DNA of 42,296 bases from a virus. Taxonomy: Duplodnaviria > Caudoviricetes. Below are positions 25,748 to 35,853 of the stretch, one piece after another (position 1 is the first letter of the stretch; each line of letters starts with the position of its first letter). Made by a program: the position numbers and the translations under genes. The stretch is taken from positions 1 to 42,296 of IMG/VR virus record IMGVR_UViG_3300049924_000223; one strand, written 5' to 3'. The notes beneath the pieces were generated by a model. It was given only the letters and a program-made list of their open reading frames with translations. It was not told where the DNA came from and ran no database searches.

Positions 25748-26185
25748 CTAGCCTGCCAGCTTCTTGCGCAGGACAACCTCGACTTGCTCGTAACCGCAAA
25801 CGGTAAGCCAGTCGGCAATGCGACCGCCCGGGACGGCAAACGTAAACGCCGAAGCTCCAGCGTCCCTGGCCGCCTGCTCAGCCGCAGCCAGTAGGCGGCG
25901 AGCCATCCACCGGTGCCCGGGGTCGAGATAGACCGCCAGCACCGTGGCGACCAGGTCGCGACTGACGTGCGAGTGGTTCATGGCCTGCGCCAGGTAGCCG
26001 ACAGCGAAGCCATCGACGCGCGCCACCTGGAGGCACATGGCGAAGCCCTTGCTGAGCTTCTCCAGCATCGACCAATCAGGGTTCAGGTCCTCGACTGCGC
26101 CGGACTCCTTGTGGTTGGCGACGATCAGCGGACGCAGTTCGCGCACGAGGTCGGGGGTCAGAGTTTCGATGGCGATGTCAGGCAC
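25748..26185 (-). CDS. GNAT-like acetyltransferase
   Basis: ARVDGFAVGY, AVYLDPGHR...RRLLAAAEQAARDAG and GY motifs. Confidence 0.75.
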   Translation of the reverse strand: MPDIAIETLTPDLVRELRPLIVANHKESGAVEDLNPDWSMLEKLSKGFAMCLQVARVDGFAVGYLAQAMNHSHVSRDLVATVLAVYLDPGHRWMARRLLAAAEQAARDAGASAFTFAVPGGRIADWLTVCGYEQVEVVLRKKLAG

Positions 26186-26381
26186 GGGAAGCCTTCACCA
26201 CTTCAACGCCGTTGATCACGATGCCCTTGCGCATGAGTCGCCGGCTGTCGAGGTGCGGACCGCTGCACAGCTTGCCAATAACTTCGCGCTGAAGCGCGCG
26301 GTATTCATCAGCTGGTAAGGCGATGAGGTCCAGGTCGGGGCGCTGCTCGATGAGGCGCGTAATGTCGTCAATGGTGGTCAT
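26178..26381 (-). CDS. Hypothetical protein (67 aa)
   Basis: Overlaps its neighbours within the minus-strand operon. Confidence 0.55.
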   Translation of the reverse strand: MTTIDDITRLIEQRPDLDLIALPADEYRALQREVIGKLCSGPHLDSRRLMRKGIVINGVEVVKASRA

Positions 26382-26788
26382 AGATCCATGTCCTCTGGCA
26401 ACACGCCATCCGCAGCCTTGAGCAGGACCGCGGCCATCGCGCGCAGGTCGTCAGGTTCATGGACGAGGAATAGAACCTCGGGGCCATCGTAGCAACCGTC
26501 GCGCCCGACGCCGGTTCCCCAGGGAACGCTTCCGCCTGCGAGCATGGCATCGCCGGCTTCGGCCATGTGATTAGATCCAAGCACTGGCAACGCCTCGAAG
26601 CCTGTCAGCTCGGCATAAAACCAATCATTGTCTCCGCACTCCTTGACCTTGATGCAGAGGAAGCCGTCCACCGCGAACGGTTCGCACTTTTGGTAGATCG
26701 TTCCGGGTGGAGCGGCAAGAAATTGGGCGCGGTTCAGGATCTTCACTTTGTCACCGCCTCCGGAAAGGGCTGTAGCTCTGCCGGTCAC
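26378..26788 (-). CDS. Hypothetical phage protein (start possibly GTG near 26746)
   Basis: KILNRAQFLAAPPGTIY...RDGCYD...FLVHEPDD resembles a common small phage family. Confidence 0.65.
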   Translation of the reverse strand: MTGRATALSGGGDKVKILNRAQFLAAPPGTIYQKCEPFAVDGFLCIKVKECGDNDWFYAELTGFEALPVLGSNHMAEAGDAMLAGGSVPWGTGVGRDGCYDGPEVLFLVHEPDDLRAMAAVLLKAADGVLPEDMDL

Positions 26789-28196
26789 CGCCGGCGATGA
26801 TGACGGACGGGCGAGCGGTCACGACGTGCTGCAACTTCTTGGGCATGATGTCGACCGCAAAGCCGACAGCGAGCCCATCGGCAAGGTCGGGCGATTCGCC
26901 GAGGCGCTCCTTGATCTGATCCTTTTCCTCCAGGCGCAGCTTGCCGTTCTGCATCCAGTACGTGGGCGCGGTCAACTCGCGCACCAGCTCCGGAACGTTT
27001 GGCAGGCATCCGCCGCCCTTGACCCACTCGGCGAGCTTCCACCAGATTTCCGCGCGCTTGTTGAAGAACCGCGGGTCGGACGGGGCACCGCTGAACTGCA
27101 CCTCAATCGGATCCCAATTCGCCAGACGCAGTGCATCTACGGCACCAGCACCATACCCGCCCGTGCCATCGATGAGGATTCCATCGGCCCATCCACTCGC
27201 ACGCTCAGCCACGCGGCCGGCGATGTCCTCAGAACGCGCGTTGCGCATGATGTCAGGCTGGAATGCCGCCAAACCCTGACGCTTCCAGATCACGGTGCGG
27301 TCATCGCCAAAGCGCGCCACGTCGGCGCTCACCACCTTGGGCGCGAAGCTGTAGGCGTCGGGCTTGACGATGCGCCCGAGGGCGGCCGTGACCTCCTCCG
27401 CGCCCAGCAGTGTATTGATCGACGACGGTGGGAACTTGCCCAGCACGTAGGCCATGCACCACGGGTTGCCGCGGCCCCACTTGTCGATCATCTCTTGCGC
27501 CCACTCCTTGGACACGCGAGGAGTGCGCTTCGGGTCCTCGGGGTCGGCGGTGATCTCCACCACGGTCCACTTGCCGCGGTTCGTCATGGCCGACTCATAG
27601 AGCCAGCCTTCCAGGCTGATCGGGTTACCTGCCTGCGCGATCATGCCACAGCGCACGCCGCCCATCGCTTGTTCAGCTGCGCGGCCGATCGCTGGCGACA
27701 ATCCGCCAGACTCGTCACCAAGCACGAACGCAAACTCGGAATGGAGACCGGAGAGCGTGCTCCCCTGCTCCTGCGCGTTCGCGGTCTTGGCGAATGATCC
27801 AAAGTCCAAGCGCCACGTGTCCGGGTGGTCGTTCGCATAGATGCGCTCAGAGTTATGCGTGAACGCAGCCGACAGGTACGGGCTACGGCTTTGCCACTTG
27901 GCCAGCTCGGGCCAGAGGTTGCGGGCGAGGTTGTCCGCAGTGATCGAGACCGCGATGCCCTTGGGGTGTTGACCCTCGTCAGCCATGCACGTGAGGAACC
28001 ACCAGCCCAGCCACGCGAGCACCGCCGACTTACCAGGGCCAGCACACGCCTTCATGCAAATACGGTTCACGCCCTGCGGTTTGAGGGAGAGCAACACGTC
28101 GCGCTGCCACTCGTCAGGCGTGACCTGGAAGTTGTCCCACACGAACGACACCGGATCGAGTCGCCATTTCCGAATGACGGACGCTGCGGGAGTCAC
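26751..28196 (-). CDS. terL: Terminase large subunit
   Basis: Walker A-like KACAGPGKS, Walker B VLGDES, GNP coupling motif, nuclease DVARFGDD, NKRAE and SPDLADGLA. Confidence 0.95.
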   Translation of the reverse strand: MTPAASVIRKWRLDPVSFVWDNFQVTPDEWQRDVLLSLKPQGVNRICMKACAGPGKSAVLAWLGWWFLTCMADEGQHPKGIAVSITADNLARNLWPELAKWQSRSPYLSAAFTHNSERIYANDHPDTWRLDFGSFAKTANAQEQGSTLSGLHSEFAFVLGDESGGLSPAIGRAAEQAMGGVRCGMIAQAGNPISLEGWLYESAMTNRGKWTVVEITADPEDPKRTPRVSKEWAQEMIDKWGRGNPWCMAYVLGKFPPSSINTLLGAEEVTAALGRIVKPDAYSFAPKVVSADVARFGDDRTVIWKRQGLAAFQPDIMRNARSEDIAGRVAERASGWADGILIDGTGGYGAGAVDALRLANWDPIEVQFSGAPSDPRFFNKRAEIWWKLAEWVKGGGCLPNVPELVRELTAPTYWMQNGKLRLEEKDQIKERLGESPDLADGLAVGFAVDIMPKKLQHVVTARPSVIIAGGDRQSYSPFRRR

Positions 28197-28741
28197 GGTG
28201 TCACCGGTGCCGACTCGGTCGGTGTCTCTGGTTTCGCTTCGGGTTCACCCCATGAATCGCCGAGGATCTTCTCCAACGTCAGCTTGCCAGAGTGCTCAAC
28301 CTTCTGGCGTTCCTGCCAACGATCGAGGCGACGATTCGTGAGCCAGAACTTGGCCGCGGCAGTGTCGGGCGGATAGATCATGGTGACCTCGTGCCGCTCA
28401 ACCACCGAGCCCATGCCCTCGCCACGTGACACGGTCATCAACTTGGTTTCCGGATGCTGGTATCCGACCGCACGCTCGAACAGCGCGCGCTCGACGCGGA
28501 TGTCGGCGTCCTCTTCGCCCTGCTGCAGAGCTGCCGAAAACTCGGGGTAGTTCTTGCGCCACTCGTCGAACGTTGAGCGTGCGACGCCGATCGTGTTTGC
28601 GATGTCCTCCATGGTCTTCCCCTCACCCCGCAATTTCCGGGCGAGCACGGTGCAAGCGATAGGGTCGTAAACGCTTGGACGGCCAGCGCCGTGCTTGCGC
28701 TTCCGTGGCGGCTTCCGCTTCGATTTCGTGCTCCGTGGCAT
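28193..28741 (-). CDS. terS: Terminase small subunit
   Basis: GRPSVY, HTH, EW...YPEF, LFERAVGY and PPDTAAAKFWLTNR motifs. Confidence 0.9.
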   Translation of the reverse strand: MPRSTKSKRKPPRKRKHGAGRPSVYDPIACTVLARKLRGEGKTMEDIANTIGVARSTFDEWRKNYPEFSAALQQGEEDADIRVERALFERAVGYQHPETKLMTVSRGEGMGSVVERHEVTMIYPPDTAAAKFWLTNRRLDRWQERQKVEHSGKLTLEKILGDSWGEPEAKPETPTESAPVTP

Positions 28742-28743
28742 GG

Positions 28744-29142
28744 CTAAGTCCTACCCTTCCCCTGTTGACTTGGAACCGAAACAACTCCCCAGGGCTCCAA
28801 ATCAATCATGGCAACCCTGACGCATCCGCGCCAATCGGCGACGGTGTAGCGGTCGCCCTGGTCGTTAATGATCGTCATATGCTGGGCGGCCATCAGTTGA
28901 TCGATCATGCTCTCGCCCCGGCTGTAAGGCCCCGGGGTCACACTGCCCGTCCCTGTTGACATTGAACCAGAAACACCATCTAGATTGATGCTTGCCGCCC
29001 GAAGGTGCCGAACGGTCTTCCAGTCTTGTAGGTTCACACCGGGGAGCCAAACCTCGTCGAGCTTCTCCAACGACGCCACCAGCGGGATGTTCCGTCGCCC
29101 ACCGCTCGCGGCCTGCAAATCGCCTCGCGTTGGGTCAGTCAT
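28744..29142 (-). CDS. Hypothetical protein (132 aa)
   Basis: Fills the operon between coupled genes. Confidence 0.55.
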   Translation of the reverse strand: MTDPTRGDLQAASGGRRNIPLVASLEKLDEVWLPGVNLQDWKTVRHLRAASINLDGVSGSMSTGTGSVTPGPYSRGESMIDQLMAAQHMTIINDQGDRYTVADWRGCVRVAMIDLEPWGVVSVPSQQGKGRT

Positions 29143-29342
29143 TGGGCCGCCGAGTCGGAGGACGCCGGCTTGATCTCCTCAACATCAGGCTCCCCCAAGC
29201 TCATCACCTCGACCTCCTCCTCCTCGAACTCGCTCTCTCCGAGCTTGTGCTTGGCGATGGCTTCGTCCGGAGACGACGCCTCGACAGTGAAGGTTTGCGC
29301 GCCATGAGCGCTAGTGACTGCGCATGTAAGACGATACTTCAC
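29139..29342 (-). CDS. Hypothetical acidic protein (about 67 aa)
   Basis: FTVEASSPDEAI motif; GTG start overlapping the upstream stop. Confidence 0.6.
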   Translation of the reverse strand: MKYRLTCAVTSAHGAQTFTVEASSPDEAIAKHKLGESEFEEEEVEVMSLGEPDVEEIKPASSDSAAQ

Positions 29343-29558
29343 GGTCCAAACCTCCGCCGATTGTTCTTCCTGACCTGATCCCGCGCCCACAGGAGCACTG
29401 GCCCTGGCACGGTGAAACTCTGCTCGCCGCGGTTGTAAGCCTCAAGCTCCAGCCTGATGGCCATGGGGCCGTGTTCGTGGCACCAAGTGCGCCCATCGCA
29501 GGTCATAAACCAGTTACGCCCCACGATGGCGCCGCAGCTCGCACACGGCATGGTTTCT

Positions 29559-29572
<14 letters not shown>
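29339..29572 (-). CDS. Small Zn-finger-like protein
   Basis: CASC...C...WCHEH. Confidence 0.5.
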
Positions 29573-30601
<1,029 letters not shown>

Positions 30602-30605
<4 letters not shown>

Positions 30606-30868
30606 TCTTGGCTGATGGTCTGATGGGTGAGTTTGTCGATGTCCGCGCAAAGCCGGTCCGCCTGCTCGACGATGTTTCGCGCGCCGCGGATCTCGGCGTC
30701 AAGAACACCAGCGGCGGCGATGCGCTCAAGCTGGCCGATGCGCACGGAAAGGCAGTGGAGAGCCGTCCATTGGGCGAGGATGGCCTTGGCACGGACAAGG
30801 AGCTTGCTCTCGGCCGATGCACGGCGTCTGCGGACTGAACCGCCGGGGAGACCGCTGCGGCAGATCAT
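30602..30868 (-). CDS. Hypothetical protein (88 aa)
   Basis: ATGA-coupled on both sides. Confidence 0.5.
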
Positions 30869-31233
30869 GCGTCACCAAACAGCGACTGTTGCCTCGGCGC
30901 GATCTTCGTCGGCACGGAGTCGCCCTTCTTCCGATTCCTGCGCCGCGCCGTCTGTTCGGGCGTCTGCGCCCGCATCCACTCCCTGACGCTCATCACCTTG
31001 GCGCCGGCCTTGATCGCCAGGGCACGCTTGCTCGGGATGCAGTCGTAGTGCCAGAGCGAGCCGTGATCCTGATACCACTCGCGCTTGAGGCCGATGGCCT
31101 GAGCGATGCGGTGGAGCTCGTCGTCGTCGCCTTCGTCGCACCACATGTGCGACCAGTTGTTGCCGTGGCGCCGCGCACCTGGCTGGATGCATTCGGTGGC
31201 GTAGGTGCTGATTTCGTCGACGTAGACGCTCAT
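30865..31233 (-). CDS. DUF4031-family protein
   Basis: VYVD...WSHM...ELHRIAQAIGLKREWYQ...HYD...KRALAIKAGA. Confidence 0.85.
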   Translation of the reverse strand: MSVYVDEISTYATECIQPGARRHGNNWSHMWCDEGDDDELHRIAQAIGLKREWYQDHGSLWHYDCIPSKRALAIKAGAKVMSVREWMRAQTPEQTARRRNRKKGDSVPTKIAPRQQSLFGDA

Positions 31234-31469
31234 TGATGAACCTGCTTCCGCTTCCACCAGTGCATGCGAACCCCCCTGAACCACGACCACGAATAGAAGA
31301 AGCACAGGCAGAAAATGCCCCACTGCCCTGCCTGCCACGTCGCGTAGAACCAGAACGGCTGCGCGGCCAAGCCGAACAGGCAGGCGAAGCGCCGCACGTT
31401 CTCGCGGTGGTCCTGACTCAGACGAACCGCCGTCACTCCCAGCAATCCCAGGGCGATTTGATCAATCAT
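31230..31469 (-). CDS. Small membrane protein (PnuC-fragment-like)
   Basis: GLAAQPFWFY...QWGIF...Y...RG...W pattern, about 3 TM. Confidence 0.65.
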   Translation of the reverse strand: MIDQIALGLLGVTAVRLSQDHRENVRRFACLFGLAAQPFWFYATWQAGQWGIFCLCFFYSWSWFRGVRMHWWKRKQVHQ

Positions 31470-32752
31470 GCGACCTCCAGTTCGCGCAGTAGACGCCGAC
31501 CAATCCACCGCATCACCGGCACGGCCATCGAGTTGCCCAGCGCCCTGTAGCGCGGGCCGTCAGCGGCTGGCTTGCCTCGATACGGGACCAGGGTGGAGCC
31601 GTCGGGAAATCCCTGAAGGCGTTCGCATTCGGTTGGGGTTAGACGACGAACCAGCACACCGCTCAGCAGCGCATTTTCCTGGCCCGTATTCCTGCCTAGC
31701 GTGTGGCCGATTTCTGAGATGCCCGGATCTTGGGTGCCGTGAACAATGATCGGAGTCCCACGCCCCGTGCCGTCCTCGCTCGCGTCCGCCCCCTCCGCCT
31801 TGAGCGCATGGGTCCGGTCGCCAGTGACGCACAGCGCCTCACTTTCAAAATCCATGCGCCCGCTGCCGCCCTTGGCATTGAGCGCGGGACCTACTTCAAT
31901 TGCCCCCCCCGTGTTATTTCCGCCGAAAACTTGGATTCCTCCGGCAAGGTCGAAATCGGTACCAAGTCCGCCACCTCCTTGAGTGCGCGCGCTAATGGTT
32001 CCGGTAACTTCTTCCCGCGCTTCTCGGCTCGGCGGAGAATCCCGGCGCACGCCTTTGGACTCAAAAAGTACCGCGCAGGGATCGAACCCTTTTCGAGCAC
32101 TTGCGACAACGAACACACGACGGCGTCGTTGGGCCACTCCGAAATATTGGGCGTCGAGGATGCGCCAGCAGACTGTCCTCGTGGGTCCAAACACAGCACC
32201 AGCGTTCGACCATTTGCCCCCTGGTGGGATGAGTGCGTCGACTTCACCGGCAAGCCCAGCAAGGAAGCAGCCAAACGCGTTGTCTTTGGTACTGAGCACT
32301 CCGGGGACGTTTTCCCAGACGATGACGGCCTCTGGAAGTCCTCGGGCTCGTCGAACATCGTCAATTGCATTGGCGAGGCGGCAGTAGGCGAGAGAGAGCT
32401 GACCACGGGAATCCTCCAAAGATTTGCGAAGTCCTGCCACGCTGAACGCTTGGCAGGGAGTGCCACCGACCAGTACGTCGGGGGCGTCGATCTCGCGGGC
32501 GGTAACGCGCTCCGCAATTTTGGTCATGTCGCCGAGGTTGGGCGTCTCGGGCCAGTGCCGGGCGAGCACCGCCGAGGGGAACGGTTCTATCTCGGCGAAC
32601 CACGAGGCGCGCATGCCGAGCGGTTCCCATGCGACGGACGCGGCTTCGATGCCGCTGCAAACTGAGCCGTAGGTGAGCGGCAGCCGCGCCCGGCCCAACA
32701 CCGACAAATCACCAACCACAGTATCGCCATGGGGACAATGAAGGCGGTTCAT
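31466..32752 (-). CDS. C5-cytosine DNA methyltransferase
   Basis: SVCSGI (I), GGTPCQAFS (IV), WENVPG (VI), QRRRR (VIII), RRLTPTECERLQGFP (IX), GNS (X). Confidence 0.95.
   Translation of the reverse strand: MNRLHCPHGDTVVGDLSVLGRARLPLTYGSVCSGIEAASVAWEPLGMRASWFAEIEPFPSAVLARHWPETPNLGDMTKIAERVTAREIDAPDVLVGGTPCQAFSVAGLRKSLEDSRGQLSLAYCRLANAIDDVRRARGLPEAVIVWENVPGVLSTKDNAFGCFLAGLAGEVDALIPPGGKWSNAGAVFGPTRTVCWRILDAQYFGVAQRRRRVFVVASARKGFDPCAVLFESKGVRRDSPPSREAREEVTGTISARTQGGGGLGTDFDLAGGIQVFGGNNTGGAIEVGPALNAKGGSGRMDFESEALCVTGDRTHALKAEGADASEDGTGRGTPIIVHGTQDPGISEIGHTLGRNTGQENALLSGVLVRRLTPTECERLQGFPDGSTLVPYRGKPAADGPRYRALGNSMAVPVMRWIGRRLLRELEVA
31891..32370 (-). CDS. Nested alternative-frame ORF resembling the M.EcoHK31I beta polypeptide (about 159 aa)
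   Basis: GKTSPECS...EWPNDAVVCSLSQVLE...RYFLSPKACAGILRRAEKRGKKLP, lying entirely within the MTase gene. Confidence 0.6.
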   Translation of the reverse strand: MQLTMFDEPEDFQRPSSSGKTSPECSVPKTTRLAASLLGLPVKSTHSSHQGANGRTLVLCLDPRGQSAGASSTPNISEWPNDAVVCSLSQVLEKGSIPARYFLSPKACAGILRRAEKRGKKLPEPLARALKEVADLVPISTLPEESKFSAEITRGGQLK

Positions 32753-33135
32753 GGCGCGTCACCGATCAAAGAATCCGGCACCTCAAAAAAGCCCAGCGAA
32801 CCCTTGAAAGGCACGAACGGCAGCGGCCGCGGATTTCGCAGTACGAAACCGTAGCGACCGAAGAACCACGGCGACGGCGACGACTCCACGCAATCGACGA
32901 TTTCAACAGAACCAATGATGCCACCGCGCTCGAAATAACTCTCGATGGGCATGGTGGTGATGCCTGCACGAGACGCGACCGCGCACGCGTCGTTATAACT
33001 CTCGTGATCGTTCGCCTTCGCCGCGTGGATGAGCACGCGACCGCGGACCTTGGTGGACCAGTCGCGGTTTTCGATGGGCTTGAGGCCTTGGATGATGAGC
33101 CACGCCCAGGGCTGGCGGATAGAGAGGCACCTCAC
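32749..33135 (-). CDS. ASCH-domain protein
   Basis: LSIRQPWAWLI..G.K.IENR.W...RG..LIHA and KGSLGFF motifs. Confidence 0.92.
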   Translation of the reverse strand: MRCLSIRQPWAWLIIQGLKPIENRDWSTKVRGRVLIHAAKANDHESYNDACAVASRAGITTMPIESYFERGGIIGSVEIVDCVESSPSPWFFGRYGFVLRNPRPLPFVPFKGSLGFFEVPDSLIGDAP

Positions 33136-34451
33136 GGCGTCACCTTCCCCGCCACAGTCCCGCCACAGATCGCCACATCGATCATCACCGGACCCTTACA
33201 CTCGACGGCCCGAGCAATAACCTCCAGTTGACTAATGAGTCTGTCGGCGACGGCGGGGGATGGGACGACGAGGATGTGGCGGGGTTCCGGATCAGGCGCC
33301 GCCGCCACAGTCCCGCGTGCGGATTCGTAGGCATCCAGAACGGCGCGTGCTTTCTTGCGGACAAAGTCTGCTGCGCGCTTAGTGCGTTCGGCTGACAGCC
33401 CAAAATAAGGCCACGCCCAACCATGTCCTCCCGCCTCTTCCGATTGCTCAATGCGATGCAGTAACTCGGCGGCCCGCTCAACATCGGCGTCGCTCACCGT
33501 CACAGGAACCGGAGCGGGCTGGGTTTGGTCCGCAATCCCGGGACGCATGTCGTTCCCCGCCGTCCTCTGGCGGTGCCAGTTCGCACACGCTGCCGCGGTC
33601 GTAATGATGTGATGGAGCCCCTTGTCGGTGTTGCCGGCAGCGAGGTTGTGAAGCGCCTTCCCGGCGAGGTATCCGATCAGCCAGAACCAATCGGCATCAG
33701 TCTTCCCCGCGTCCTGCTCGGCGGGCCAGCGCAAGCGCTGATGCGCCGCCTCGTTGCTGGCGCCAATCAGAAAGTTGGCAATCTCCGGTGTGTTTATGAT
33801 CGCGCGCAGTTTGTCCCGCTCATCCCGCGCCCGCTGCTCCTCCTGAATCGCCAAATTCTTCCATCGGATCGCCTCGTCACGCTGCCCGGCCATCTCTACC
33901 GCCTGGCTCTCCGCCTTTTTCGCCAGAACCATCCAATCCCTGGCGAACTCGCCCAGGTGCCGCGCCACATCCACGGCCGGCGACGGGTCCACCTCACAGG
34001 TAGCGCGCTCGTGCTCCTGGCGGATGACGTTTGCCAACTCGGCATAACGCTCCAGCGCCACGTTGAGCTTGCGCACCGTGTCCTTGGCCACTGCCGGCAA
34101 GTCACTCCAATCGTGCATCACGTTTGGCGCCGGCTCACCCTTGAGCGCGTGCGCAGTTCGCTTCAAAAGGTCGCCCAGCTTTTCACCCAGGGCCGTGGCT
34201 TCTTCGCGTTCGGCAATCAATTCCCGGTATGCCTCACCCTGGAGGTAACCACACGCACAGCGGCCGGCCGCCTCGTCCAGACCGCCGCACGTCGGAAGGT
34301 GACCCGTGCGGAATTGGGCCGCCTCGTCCACGATCGGCCGCACATGCTTGGTAATGATGTCGACCAGCTCGCCGGCCACCTGGAGGCGGAGCGATTGTTT
34401 GGTGTCGATGAACTCCGCCACAGCGGCGTTGATTGCGTTGGTCAGCTCCAC
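33132..34451 (-). CDS. Mosaic accessory protein (Ead/Ea22-like coiled coil plus MazG-like helical segment)
   Basis: GTG start after GGAG; HDWSDLP; DAGKTDADWFWLIGYLAGKA...HHIITTAAACANW. Confidence 0.6.
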   Translation of the reverse strand: MELTNAINAAVAEFIDTKQSLRLQVAGELVDIITKHVRPIVDEAAQFRTGHLPTCGGLDEAAGRCACGYLQGEAYRELIAEREEATALGEKLGDLLKRTAHALKGEPAPNVMHDWSDLPAVAKDTVRKLNVALERYAELANVIRQEHERATCEVDPSPAVDVARHLGEFARDWMVLAKKAESQAVEMAGQRDEAIRWKNLAIQEEQRARDERDKLRAIINTPEIANFLIGASNEAAHQRLRWPAEQDAGKTDADWFWLIGYLAGKALHNLAAGNTDKGLHHIITTAAACANWHRQRTAGNDMRPGIADQTQPAPVPVTVSDADVERAAELLHRIEQSEEAGGHGWAWPYFGLSAERTKRAADFVRKKARAVLDAYESARGTVAAAPDPEPRHILVVPSPAVADRLISQLEVIARAVECKGPVMIDVAICGGTVAGKVTP

Positions 34452-34484
34452 GTGATGACTCCGAAAGAGGTAGAGAAACAAGGT

Positions 34485-34614
34485 CCGGTTACTTTCCGCC
34501 GGTGAAGCCAGCCCTCGACACGTGATTCCGTTAGGCTCGGACTTAGGACTCCGGACGGGGTAATCCGGCCGCACGTGTCGCGGGGCGGTTATGCTAACGC
34601 CGACCCTAGTCGGC
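34485..34614 (-). ncRNA. Candidate structured intergenic/leader RNA
   Basis: 9-bp stem 34516-34524/34572-34580 enclosing two hairpins, flanked by two more. Confidence 0.45.
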
Positions 34615-34626
34615 CCCCTCGTTGCT

Positions 34627-35436
34627 TTACTTGCGACCCCACAGGACGACGCGATCGGTGTCCTGTCCGACCTTCTCGACGATCGAGTCGAACGCCGCGC
34701 GCTTGGTCTGCTCGATGAGTTGCAGATCCACGCCCATCGTCAGGCGACCGCCGTCCTTGTTGAATCGGAACTTGGCGGTCATGGCGACCGCTTCGCTACC
34801 GACGTAAGGACGGAGCAGGATCTTGAACTCTTTGGGAACCGGCACGCCGTTGCTCGTGCCGTTCACTTCCTGTGCAAAATGGAAGTGGACAGATCCATCC
34901 TCAAGGCGCTTGTGGCTCTTGAACTCGGACGAGCCCGACGCTTCTAGGTTGAGCGCCATTTGTGCAAGGCTGGCCGCTCCCGGTGATTGAACGTCCGGCG
35001 CGTTGTCCTCGATGAAGATGGCGAATTGCTCCTGTGACACGCGCTTGCCGGACATGCCGACCCACGCGAGCCACTCGGGGCTGTGCTTCGCCTTGAAGGT
35101 GGCGATGTGATCGTGGTAGCGAGCGCCGCCGGATTCTTCCGCGTTGTCCTGGTGGTGGTCCAGAACGCCGACGATGGTCGACGTGTCGAGATCGGCGAAC
35201 AACGTCGAGTCCGCGTCCTTGAAGCGGTTAAAGTATTCGACTAACGACGCGGCATTATCGAACGTCGGACAAGCTCTGATGTGCTCGGGGCGCGGGCGTT
35301 CGTCGAGGCGTTCGAGGTGGATGACCTGATAGCCTTCCGGCGCCAGCGTGTACGGCTTGAAGCCGGACAGGTTGCGCACCTCGCCAAAGCGAGCGCCGGC
35401 ATTGATTGCCGCCTGGGTGTTGTTGGGTTCGTTCAT
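34627..35436 (-). CDS. DUF2303 (YfdQ-like) protein
   Basis: SLVEYFNRF, GVLDHH, SPEWLAW, QEQFAIFIEDN and PKEF motifs. Confidence 0.85.
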   Translation of the reverse strand: MNEPNNTQAAINAGARFGEVRNLSGFKPYTLAPEGYQVIHLERLDERPRPEHIRACPTFDNAASLVEYFNRFKDADSTLFADLDTSTIVGVLDHHQDNAEESGGARYHDHIATFKAKHSPEWLAWVGMSGKRVSQEQFAIFIEDNAPDVQSPGAASLAQMALNLEASGSSEFKSHKRLEDGSVHFHFAQEVNGTSNGVPVPKEFKILLRPYVGSEAVAMTAKFRFNKDGGRLTMGVDLQLIEQTKRAAFDSIVEKVGQDTDRVVLWGRK

Positions 35437-35524
35437 GTGCTTTCTCCGATTGGTTGGAGGGGTTCAACGACAAGGCCCGGCCACCATGCGATGGACCGGG
35501 CGAGCTAGTAACTTTGTCCGTACG

Positions 35525-35848
35525 TCACGCCGAGCGGACGCCGGGGATCTCCTGTTGCGGGTTCTTGTCGGTGACGCCGCCGTCCGGGTCGACAAAAAGC
35601 AGGGTGTTGCTCTTGGGCAAAGCCGGGAGCTTGAGCTTGATGTCGTCCTCGATCCAGGTGCGCTCGATCTCGTCGCCCTTGGTGCCCTTCTCGACGCCGG
35701 CCGGGGAAAATTTCAGCTTGAGGTGGACCTCGGCAGGTTTTCCGGTTGCCTTCATGCGCTCGATCGCGGTCTCGATCGCTTCGGCGATTTCCTCGTTGAG
35801 CTTGCCCTCGCGCAAACGCATGAGAGTGGTGGTGCCTTGTTCTTTCAT
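35525..35848 (-). CDS. YfdP-like partner of DUF2303
   Basis: TGKPAEVHLKLKF...KLP...FVDPDGGVTDKNPQQ; adjacent to DUF2303. Confidence 0.75.
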   Translation of the reverse strand: MKEQGTTTLMRLREGKLNEEIAEAIETAIERMKATGKPAEVHLKLKFSPAGVEKGTKGDEIERTWIEDDIKLKLPALPKSNTLLFVDPDGGVTDKNPQQEIPGVRSA

Positions 35849-35853
35849 TTTGA

